A stretch of 61,441 nt of DNA, counting the filler, from Ginglymostoma cirratum (lineage: Eukaryota), in assembly GCA_024137785.1 (NCBI GenBank). It is 2 parts of 2 records of this genome, joined end to end, with 100 filler letters (N's around TTAATTAATTAA, not from the genome) between each part and the next. Parts side by side here need not be neighbours in the genome. Positions count along the whole stretch, not along the records: positions 31,531 to 61,441 come from JAHRHZ010000115.1; 1 more part is not named here. One strand, 5' to 3'. The position numbers and the translations under genes were made by a program. Shown here piece by piece: positions 50,683 through 61,441 of the stretch. Position 1 is the first letter of the stretch. Every line of letters begins with the position of its first letter. The notes beneath the pieces are model-generated. The model made no database searches. It worked only from the letters and a program-made list of their open reading frames with translations, and was not told the DNA's origin.

Positions 50683-52640
50683 CTGCAATCAAAAGAAATC
50701 AGAATCAATGAAAAATGAATCTTTCGTACCAAAACACGTCTTCAGACTATTTCCTACAAGGTAAAGAAATCATCTTCGAGTTGGCAACTTCCAGCCTTTG
50801 CTGAAACAATATTTACTACTATTCATATATTTGCATTCATGAAAACATTCATGATTACCGATAACACCACCAGAGTAATTATTCTTAAAGAACACTGGCT
50901 TCGCCACAAATGAAACCTGTGAAACAAAAAAAAAAATCAAAGTACCTTTCCGTAACCCATAGAGTAACCGTCCTTTCTGAGTTCTTCAGTCACTTAAGAT
51001 CATCTAATGATATTTGAGACAATACTAATCTGCGGTCAATATCATGACTTCATTTTTACATTCATGACCCATACATGCAAATGTTGCTGGTTATGCTGAC
51101 TGCCAAATCAAATCCCGAATTTCGGGAAAGTGTCATCAAGCATAATTATTCTCTTATTCATAATGTTTTTACAGAGATTTTATTGTTGGACAGGAACATT
51201 GAATGGCCACCGAAATTCTATTCAATATGATTTACCCTGATCAAAAGCAATTTGCATTATTGGTGTGAGACTGTTCTTGAAAATATGTCATGAGATAGCA
51301 TTCTTCATGTGCTGACTTTGGAGTAGATCTGAAAATAAGACACTGAGTGCAGCATCGGAAACCGAATAGAACACTCATCACCTCAAGCCTTTTCCTACAT
51401 TCAGTTGGTTCATACTCTTAGTTAATACTTCAGTTGGTTAATATTTCAGTTGGTCTCTACTTTCATTTTATTGACTGATCTGCAACTTTAATTTCCTCGC
51501 AGAACGAAAACAAACAAAAGAAAATCATGCAAGAGAGTTTGAAGTTTAGTACAAAAACAGCAGAAATTTGTGCTCGTGAAATTCAGGCTTTTATTACTCA
51601 CTGAGTGAGTATCTCCATTCTGAAACCAGGGTTAAACAGCCTGGCTCTAATTCTTGGTTCATTCAGCCCTATTATGGCATTCCCACCAGACTTCGTTCTC
51701 CTGCTACATCCAGTAATTACAGAGAACGTCTAAAAGATGCTTGATTAGATCACATATATACCTGTTAATCAAATATTATACCCATTTGGTCTGTGGTCTT
51801 TTGTTATGATTGAAGTTAAAGAGCCCCGTTCCATTTAAAGTCTACGTTGTACAATGCCCAAGACCAACAGATAATTTCTGATCTTTGAATGAAGTAGTGA
51901 ACGCATTTTGATTTATTTTCAAAAATATGGTCACTTCATATTTAACAATGTTGCCTTTTGACCACAAGACATTCGATTTCACAATCATGCTCTTTGGCCA
52001 ATTAATTCTGCTCTGCCATTCAATCAAGGCTGACATGTTTCTCAAGCTCATTCTCCTGCCTTCTGCCCTCACTAAGCACTAGCCAATCTGTCTGTGTCTT
52101 TAATACACGCAATAAATTGACCTTCACAGCTGTCTGTGGCAATGAGATCCTCAGATTCATCACTATCTGGCTAAAGATATTCCTCTTCATCTAAGTCCCA
52201 AATGGTCGTCCCTTTAAATCTGGCCTGTGCCCTCGTGTCATTGTCTCATCTACTGGTGAAAACAACGTCTCTGCTTCCACTCTATCTCAATCTTCCAGTA
52301 TTTTCTAAGTTTCAATGAGATCACTCCTTGCACGAATTATTATTGAGGCCGTTACCAGTAATGGATTCTGCAGTCCCACTTCTCTCCAACAAACAATCAG
52401 CCAACAAACGAATCCACCTAACTGTCTACGTGTCTTCAACATTGAGGGAACGATGTTTTTCTTTTCTCTAATCTGAATTATGAGCAATGCTGAAATAAAA
52501 TTCACACTAAAATGAGACACACACGGCATGATAATTAATTAGAACTTGTTCCGTGCTGTTTACAAAGCCTGATAAATTCGTGTATTTGGTTTACATCAAG
52601 TTCAGAATGACTTTTAGTTCTCTTGGTTTGTGTCTCTTAC

Positions 52641-52952
52641 CCTGTGGTCCGGTGATGTTTCGACTTTGAATGACCTCTTCATGAGTGACTTGGCACGTAT
52701 AGACTGCACTGTTGAACCATTCACTATAAGGGACTCTCAGCTGACTAGTCGACGAGAAGTTCCCACTCGCTTCACAAACGGGAGAGGTGAAAATACCAGA
52801 ATGTACGGGTTGTCCATTCTTCAACCAAGTCACGGAAATTTGCTGAGGATGGAAATCCATGATTGAACAGACGACGGTTGCAACTTTGCTTCTCTCGATT
52901 TCTTCGCTGGAACTCACAGTTAGGAGAAGAGTTGGACGGACACTATCTGAAC
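52641..52952 (-). CDS. IGHM: IgM CH2
   Basis: Phase-1 exon of 312 nt: [30 protein letters not shown]...WLKNG...[20 protein letters not shown]. An alternative acceptor 6 nt inward is possible. Confidence 0.95.
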
Positions 52953-53189
52953 CTTAAGGAAACACATCGTACAAATTATCTGACGAATTTGATATTAAAT
53001 GCAATTAGATCTTATAAATCAAAGTTAATTGTAGTTTATAGATACAATCTTTGACAATACAATGTTTATAATGTGCAGATTGCGACAGAAGCAATGATCT
53101 ACACAGGAAGATCAGTAGGATTATGTGAAGGTCCAAAATTATAAAATACAACAAAGGAGTCGTGAAGGCATATAAATTATAGATCAGTT

Positions 53190-55965
53190 GAATCAAAATG
53201 GAGATAACAATGTTGGATGCTATTCGTTTTAAGGAAAGAAGTTTGACTAACAAGTAAACGAGTTGACGGTAGAAATGACGAAATGGTGCCATTGGTATCA
53301 CGGAGATATGTTGAGGGAGTGGCAGGATTGGTAGTTCATAATTCCAGGATTTACGGTCTTCAGGCGAGACATGGAAAGATGTAAAATGGGATCAAGGATC
53401 TGTCACAATGCTGATCATGGTATTTTCAGTTGTGAAGAGGAATTAAATCATAGGTACATCCCCAAACGAAGGCAAATGGATAGTAATTAAAAACCAAAAT
53501 AAAGCAAACATGCGACCTGGAGACTTCTATGGATTCCACCACAAGTCCATGAGATCGATAAGTGCAGATACACAAGCAAATTTCAGAGAAGTGTAAATTA
53601 ATAGGGGAAAGATTAAAGAGGATTTTAACTTCTTCAACATCAGCTCGGGCACTCATCATGTTAAAAGTTTGGAGGGAGCAGAATTCTGAAAATGCTCCCA
53701 AGAGAACATTTGAATAGCCAATGTATTTAATACAACCCTTTTTCATACAGAACTTGCGAGAGAGGGGTGAACCTGGAATTAACTTTAGGTCGTGAGTATG
53801 AACAAGTGGTTAAAATATCAATGATGAAGCAGTTTGCAGATAGCGATGGTAGAACTGTTAGATTCCAGGTTGTTCTGGAAAGGGATAGGGATGGGCCTAA
53901 GCCAACGTTCTGAAATGGGGAAGGCCAATTTTAATAAGATCACGTACGATTTGACCAGACTGCACTGGAAGACGACTTGTATTGGTTACCCAGAGTTACA
54001 GCAGTAGAACATATTCAAGAAAGGAATAGGAACAGCAAAGGGACAACATGTAGCGATTAAGACACAGTGTGGGACCAAAAATGCAGTGAGCTCTGGACAT
54101 TCAAAGGACATAAAGTAGCTCGATAAAGAGGGAAAAAATGGCAGGCTTATTTTATATACTGATGACTCATCGCAATACAAACTCTCCAACAGTACAGAAC
54201 GTGCAAGGGGGTTGTTGAAACTGAGGAAATAGGAGAGGAGAAAGGAAAGAGTAGTGGAAGTCAAAATAAAGGAAGCTATAAAAATATGTTACAAGTTCAA
54301 TCATAAGAAAAGGATAACTCACGAATTAGTAACAATCGTTAAGTTCTACAGTGTTTTTTCCGGCCCTGGTGTCAGACGACGTAGGTTGTGTTAAATTTTG
54401 CATACGTTGTGTTGGTGTTCACTCATACGAGGGACGATGTGGGTATAGAAATCATGGGGAAGTATTGTGATTGACAATAAGAAATTAGGATAGATGACGA
54501 AATTTGCTGTGTTTTCTTGTTCGAATAAAAGTAGTTAAATTTTCAGGGCGAATGAAATGGATGCCAAGCTGGTGAGCAAAGCGAAGGTTGAAATAGTTGG
54601 GGCGCTGGAAACAGTTTACAATCCCTGTCTGGCTACAGAGTATGTGCCAAATGACTGTAGGTCAGCCAATGTGGTACTGTTATGCAGGAGGGGAAGAGAT
54701 AAACATTGAAACCATAGGCCTGAGAAGTGGTAGGCTTACTAGTGAAACAATTGAGAAGCAGAATTTGTCTTCATTCGGAACGTCAATCAACAAGTCCTGC
54801 GTTGTTTTAATGTGGGGGGAGGCATATCTAAACAATTTGATGGTATTTTTCGAAGAGTTAACCAGGTATGCAGATGACAGCAAAGCTATGACGAATCGAA
54901 TCCAAGTTAGTTTGTTGAATTGGATCCAGAATTGGCTGAGTGTCATGGAGCAGAGAATAATGGTCGTGGAGTGTTTGTGCGAATGGAAGTCTATGTCCAG
55001 TGCTGGGGTGCAGGAATCGGTGTTGATTCCCTTGCTTTTTCTCTTATACACAAATGATTTAGACTTGAATGTACGAAGGCAGACGAATAAGTTCAGAATT
55101 AAAACGAAAATTTTCGGGTTGGTCAGTCGTGAGCATGAAAGCTTCAGATTACAGAAGGATGTAGAACAGTTGAGAAGTGGTGAGAGGTGGCAAATGGAAA
55201 TCATTCCTGATGCGTATAAGGTATACGCACTTGGGCAGAAGAAAATTCAAGGTACTACGATTTGAATAGGGGAACCCTGGAAAGCACTGAAAATCTTTTC
55301 TGCACATGCCCACCGACTCAGTTAAAATGTATGTGGGATATTGGTCTTTATTATCCAAGGCATTGAATTTAAGAACGAGGAGATGATGCTGGATATTAAG
55401 AAAACGCTGGTTAGGCCATATTGAGTTTTGTGTGCAGATCAGGAATGCACATTATCAGAGGAATGTGATTATACTGAAGGAGCATAGACAAGATTTCCCA
55501 GGATTTTGCCAGGGCTGGACAGTTTTAGTTATGAAATGAGTTCAGTGAGACAAGGGGTTTCCTTGGACCAGAGGAGCCTGAGGTAGAACGTGATTGAGAT
55601 GCCTGGAATTATGGTGGACAGAGATTGGATAAACAAGGAGAAACTTCTGCCTTTGATAGAGGGATCAATGTCAAATGAGCACAGGGCAAAGGGAAGGGCA
55701 GAGGGTTTAGAGTGAATGTCAGGGGAAAACAAAATTAGACAGATGATGGTGTGAATCTGAAGCTCAGTGCTTTTAAGTCATATAGAACCTAAATCTCTCA
55801 TAACAAGTAATAAGCATTGAGATGAACACTTGCAATGACAAGTCATAGAAGACAACGGATCAAGTGCAGGTTTATTTGACTGGCATAGTTAAGTGTTTGT
55901 TACTGATAGGCGTGGACTTGATAGGCCAAAGGTCTTCTTACTGTGCTGTATACCTCTATGGCTCT
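53190..55965 (+). mobile_element. Degenerate CR1 LINE in the CH1-CH2 intron, antisense to IgM
   Basis: Endonuclease remnants, RT (LLNWIQNWLS...QESVLIPLLFLLYTNDLD) and CR1-type 3' tail near 55960. Confidence 0.75.
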
Positions 55966-56045
55966 GTGAAAAGTGTTATAAAGAAGGCCCTATTCATCAT
56001 GTTAATCAGAGATGTTCTGTTTACCTCAGTTCCTTCAACACTTAC

Positions 56046-56345
56046 ATGGCATTCCAACGCTCTTCTCTGACCCTTGGTGTTGAACTTCACAGTAGATTTT
56101 GCTGCATTCCACTTCCGACCCAGTCACGGTTAATTGGCTGCTCAGGGTGTAAGTTCCCTTCTTGTTTCTCACTGATGGGTAAGTCTTCAATCCAGTCGTG
56201 ATCGGCTTCCCTTCTTTCTTCCACGTCACCTTGGTGACGTCAGGGGAATAGTCCATTGCCAAACAACCAAAGATCACAGAACCATCAATGCTGTGTGGTT
56301 GACAGGATGAGGCTAACCCGTAAAGTGTGGGGGAAGACGGTCTCA
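56046..56345 (-). CDS. IGHM: IgM CH1
   Basis: Phase-1 exon of 300 nt: [13 protein letters not shown]...[11 protein letters not shown]...WKK...[17 protein letters not shown]...IYCEVQH. Confidence 0.95.
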
Positions 56346-57299
56346 CTGGGGGAAGAATAGACGATTGAACAAGTTAACCTCTTTTAATTCGACCTTAGCG
56401 TTACTCAAATGTATCCTCAGCAATAAACTGTTTCTGCTAAAGTCTACATAGCTTGAATTTATTTTTGTTTTCTATCATTTGCTGTTCATGATCTATTAGT
56501 TCCTTTTTTCAGAAGCACGCCCTCTGTATTAGCCATTATCATATAACTTAACAATAAGAATTCTTTGATTCCATCACCAGTAGCTGCGTGGAAATTTCTC
56601 CAATGGACACTTTCATTGGATTACAAGTGAAGAGCGGAGAAGTTTCACGAAATTAAAAACCAAAGAAATGCGGATGCTGGAAACTAGAAGAAAAAAACAG
56701 AAATTGCCAGAAACACCCAGCCGCAAGCAGCATCTGTGGAGAGAAATCAGAGTTAATGTTTCAGGTCCAGTGACTCTCGCTTATTTATCAAATCAATTCA
56801 AAACTAAAATTTGCAGAACCCCTGGCAGGATCTAACTTCCCAGACAAGACATCAGTCCCAGATCACTTCCCTCTCATCTTACCCAACTCAACCTGTACAC
56901 ATTGCAACCTACTTCTCTTGCAATCTATTCTTTATTGCCTATCACTTAGCCAAACTCCATTTCATTTTCAGATCATGTCCACCTGCCACTTCACTGCAGT
57001 GAACTTCTATCACCGAACCAGCCTAGCACCCTGCCGACCTCTCAACTAATTAGTTTTGCACCCGAACACCTCCTGCATTTCAGCTCAAACAATCTTCGCC
57101 TACCAAGCTCCACTCGACCAAACTATTTCGTTGTGACCTTAGTCATTTACCTTGATGCCACCCTGCCAGACTACGTCTGTAGTAGTTTACCCAGCAGCCG
57201 CTCAACACGTCACATCCTACCAGCGAACACTCTACTACATTATCACTCTAACCTCCATCACTAGCTCATCATTTTCGAACTCCGAGCCTGCTCCACCAT

Positions 57300-57830
57300 A
57301 AAGTCATAGAATCATAAATTCATCCTGTACAGAAGCAGACCCTTTGGTCCAACTCGTCCATGCCGACCAGGGTTCAAATTAACCTAATTCAATTAGCCTG
57401 CATTTGACCCATTTCTATCCTGGTCTGTCCAGTTCATGTACCTGTCCACATATATCTTAAACGTTGTTAATTATATCTCCATTTTTACCACTTTCTCTGG
57501 CAGTTCATTCCAATGTCTGGTACGGCTGTAACACGAAATCCCAAACCGTAGCCTCTGACCAATGAAGACAGGCGCACCAAATGCCTTCTTCAACATGCCA
57601 GCGGCTTGAGGCATCACATTCAAACTGTATGTATCTGAACACCCAGGTCTGTCTGATCGACAACAGTACCCACTGCCCTACCATGAACTGTGTAAGTCCA
57701 AACATTGTTTGTCTTACCAAAATGCAACAGATCGTGTTCATCTAAGTTAAACACAATCTGCGACTCTTCAGCCCATTTACCCAGCCAATCAAGAATCCGT
57801 TGTACTTTTGGAACACGTTCTTCACTGTCA
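57300..57830 (-). mobile_element. CR1 3' fragment
   Basis: agtcatagaatcata tail followed by RT C-terminal remnants. Confidence 0.55.
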
Positions 57831-58959
57831 AATTTTGGAATAATTCTCAGTTTTAAGAACCATAATTCGTTACATGTTTTCGTGGATTATCATCCAATAC
57901 TGTTCCCTGTTCACGACTTTTCCACGTACCCATTGTTTCCCTCAAGCCTTAAAATAATCTCCTTCTTAAAATCATTTAATGTTTAAGCCTCAATCATACT
58001 CTGTGGCATAACATTTCAGACGTTCACCATTCTCGAGTTGAACAATGAACAATCGGGTTAAATTTTATTGGGATTCGGAAAGTCTGTCGAACAGCAAGAT
58101 TTATGATGATCTCACGAAAGGAATAGAGTTGTCGAGGAGCCATGATGTGTTTTTCGGCTTCTAATTTGTAATTTTACATGGTCCTTCGGCAAAACATCCC
58201 AAAACTGCGACCTTTGAGAACAAGGGCTCACAGGCATTTAAGTACTTTACCTAAAAAGATTTCCTCCAAATCATACGCTATCTTGGCTTGCAATTATTTC
58301 ACTGCTCCTCTACTTTTTTTTCCGGATCACAGCTGTGGAATTTGCTTTCTAACAGTGTAGAGGACTTGTTAATACCACATGAATCTTAGCAATTCAAGTA
58401 GGCTAAAGACGACTAGCTTCTCAAAGAAATGTAAGAATTCTGACACTTTCATGCTGTGTAGAAACCCAAATAACCACTGTTAGAATTGAGACATATTTTG
58501 AGGTACTTGATATGTGTCCATACAGGGATGACGTGCTGAATGGTTTCCTTCTGTGTGCTTTGTCTATGTTTTCACTGAACTGACAGAACTTTGTTATGTG
58601 CAATCGAATCATTAAATCTGGGACAGATTTGCTTTGTTAACCAAGGGTGCTAAAGATATTTGCCAAAGGCAGGCCTATGGAGTTAAGTCATAGATCCACT
58701 ATGATCGAATCAAATAGTGGAATAACGCGAAGGGCTGTGTGCCCTATTCCTGTTCTTAATCTTCCTGCCATTGTATCATTCGTGATGATATCACTGGTAG
58801 GGAACACTTTTTATTAAACATTTTACAGTCTATTGTTTGTCACTGGAGTGCTGTGCCTGATTGAAACAAGTTACTCAATGCTCTCATTGCTGAGGCACCT
58901 TAGCAGATATTACATTTCTGTGTAATTGATCGAAATCCAGTTACGGTGAATTTACTGTT

Positions 58960-59950
58960 TATAAGACCATAAGTCACAGGAGCAGAAATTAGGTCATTCG
59001 GCTCATCGAGTCTGCTCTGCCATTTAATTATGGCTGATAAGTTCCTCAATCCCATTTCCTGCTTTCTCCCCGTAACCCTTGATCCCCTTGATAAACAAGA
59101 ACCTATCTCTCTCAGTCTTAAATGTACTCAATGACCTGGCCTCCACAGTCTTCTGTGGGAGTGATTTCCATAGATTCACCCCTGTCTGGCCGAAGAAGTT
59201 TCTCCTTATCTCGAAAAAGTCTTCCCTTTACTCTAAGGCTGTGCCCGCGGGTCCTAGACTCTCCTACCAATGGAAGCATCTTCCCAACATCCACTCTGTT
59301 CACGCCATTCAGTATTTTGCAAGTTTCAATTAGATCACTCCTTCATCCTTCTAAACTCCAATGAGTATAGTTCCAGAGTCCTCAAACTTTCCTAATATGT
59401 TTCACTTTCCATTCCGGGACTATTCTCGTGAACCTCCTCTGAACTCGCCCCAAGGCCCGTTTCTCCTTCCTGAGATATGGGACTCAAAACTGCACGCAAC
59501 ACTCCAAATGTGACCTGACCAGAGCCTTATAAAGCCCCAGTAGTATATCCCGGCTTTTATATTCAAGTCCTCTAAAAATAAATGCCAACATTGCATTTGC
59601 CTTCCTGATGACTAGCTCAACTTGCAAGTTTACCTTTCGAGAATCCTGAACTGGAACTCTGAAGTCTTTTTGCACTTCAGACTTCTGAGTTTTCTCCTCA
59701 TTTAGAAAATGATCCATGCTTTTGTTCTTCTTCCCAAAGTGCATTACCTCATACTTTCTCACGTTGTACTCCATCTGCCACTTTTTTGCCCACTCTCATA
59801 ACCAGCCCAAGTCCTTTTGCAGCCTCGCCACTTCCTCAATACTCCCTCTCCCTCTACCTGTCTTTGTATCGCGTGCAAACTTAGCCAGAATTCCCACAGT
59901 TCCTTCATCTTGATCATTAATGTACGAAGTGAAAAGTAGTGGTCACAGCA
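58960..59950 (-). mobile_element. CR1 3' fragment
   Basis: MEYNVRKYEVMHFGKKN...LYKALVRSHLECCVQF and GESRTRGHSLRVKGR. Confidence 0.75.
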
Positions 59951-61441
59951 CAGTTTTTCTGAAATTTCACTCTAGACCAGGTCACTCACATTCAATGATT
60001 CTCTGATATTAAATATCATTCACTTTTCTTACTTCAGCAAAATACATTTTCCATTCTAATAACTTCAGTTGTTTCACCTGACAGCAGAACATTTAAAAAA
60101 AATCAGACAACAAACTGTGAATGACAGAAACTTGAAATAAAAACAAAAATTGCTGAACAAACTCAGCAGGTCTCACAGCTCCTGTAGAGAGAAAGCAAAG
60201 TTAACCTTTCGAGTCTAGTGACACCCTTTTCGGCAAATTGTTTTCGTGTTTTCTGGCATGAGAACTACGAACTGTTGAGTTAGATGCTGATTAAGTTTGC
60301 ATGACATATCTGCTGGAAGAGGATTTTTAGCAGAGGTACGGGACAAGCTGAGATATAAATTGAAAACTTACTGAAAAACAACCACTTTCTGCTGCAAGTG
60401 TTGGATTTCGCAGATGTGCGACCTACTGATCACTAGTTTGATACAAAATAAAACATTCTTGACATTGCCTCATCAAAAGTGTTTGGGAAACGATTAATTC
60501 TGGATTAGCCATAAATGCTATTGATGGAACAGCAAGTCAAAATTCGGGATTTCTATGGGGAGTTACTCCATTAACGCCAGTTAGAGACGCCCTGCAGCCT
60601 GAGACCAAGTATTGATTTTTTTTGAAAAAAGCTGCTAAGCAACAAAATTCTGTCTAATATTTCAGAGGCACAAGTCAAGGCAGCGATTGAATACATTTCA
60701 CAGTCCTCTCTGAGTGGAATTCCAACAACACCCGAAGAACTCAATATTCTCTTGTTACCCGAATTCACCTGAAAAAGACAATATTATATACCTCTGTAAC
60801 AGGTTGTAAATGAACATAGACCACCTGGCTCATAGTTAGGGACACGACTGATACATCACAGCAGACCTGAACACAACGGGTTCGCCACGAATTAGAACAA
60901 CGAAGCCCACCTATCTGATAGTGCATGACCCTCTTTAATCATTAACACCTTACAGCATCCAGGGATTGTTACAGAATCTTTACACGATGAAAGTGTCATT
61001 TCAGCAATTATCCAAGGGTACTTTGGTTGTCCCTCTGAATAGTACAAACTCTATTGAAAGGCCAGGGGAATAAAAATAGGAACTGCATTGTCATGTATTC
61101 AACTACGAACTCCCTTCCTTGTAACTCTGTTCACGTTGCTGCACCACATTGTTACTTCGGTTGAAGTGGATTAAAATCTTTTGAAGTGCAGCATGGCTGT
61201 GGCTAGTAATACTAAAATTCTCAAATTATTAAATTGCAGCATAACTTCTGATTCTACATTGCGTCATTGAACTGAGACAGGAATAAAATATGCATCATTT
61301 TTCCCTCAGCAACTCTCAATCAAATATTCATTGTTGCTAAGAACAGATTCCAAATCTCCTGCAGTCTAACATAACATGTGTGGAGCTGAATGAACACAGC
61401 AGGCCAAGCAGCATCAGAGGAGCAGTAAGGCTGACGTTTCG

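Noticed and set aside
60075-60827. E-box cluster (CACCTG x3, CAGATG) as an intronic enhancer
   Set aside because: Short motifs not distinguishable from chance without conservation data.
56346-61441. Expected JH segment and RSS upstream of CH1
   Set aside because: No WGxG-encoding segment or heptamer-nonamer pair found; probably beyond the window.

Overview
Cartilaginous-fish (shark) genomic DNA, inferred from the shark-type IgM and elasmobranch-type repeats. It falls into two halves joined across a 100-nt gap (31431-31530) that contains a TTAATTAATTAA linker. Right half: the constant region of one IgM heavy-chain cluster on the minus strand (CH1-CH4, secretory tail, TM1, TM2; no V, D or J seen), whose TM exon has unusual acidic substitutions. 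Downstream of it lie a decayed tRNA/snRNA cluster (Glu, Thr, U4, Asn, Ser, Glu, Thr) and a long CR1 LINE. Left half: two convergent paralogues (inverted segmental duplication) of a non-rearranging, antigen-receptor-like membrane receptor, built from germline-joined VJ-type Ig exons (V1, V2), a TM exon and small candidate cytoplasmic exons. Both copies are damaged, in different places. The left copy's tail exons sit inside a 420-bp inverted repeat, in antisense orientation. Between the copies are a Gmr1-like Gypsy element (PR-IN-RT order) fused to an intronless SNX30 fragment, and a Penelope fragment. Penelope-type repeats with minimal hammerhead motifs occur at several sites. All calls are by eye, without database searches; repeat boundaries are approximate.
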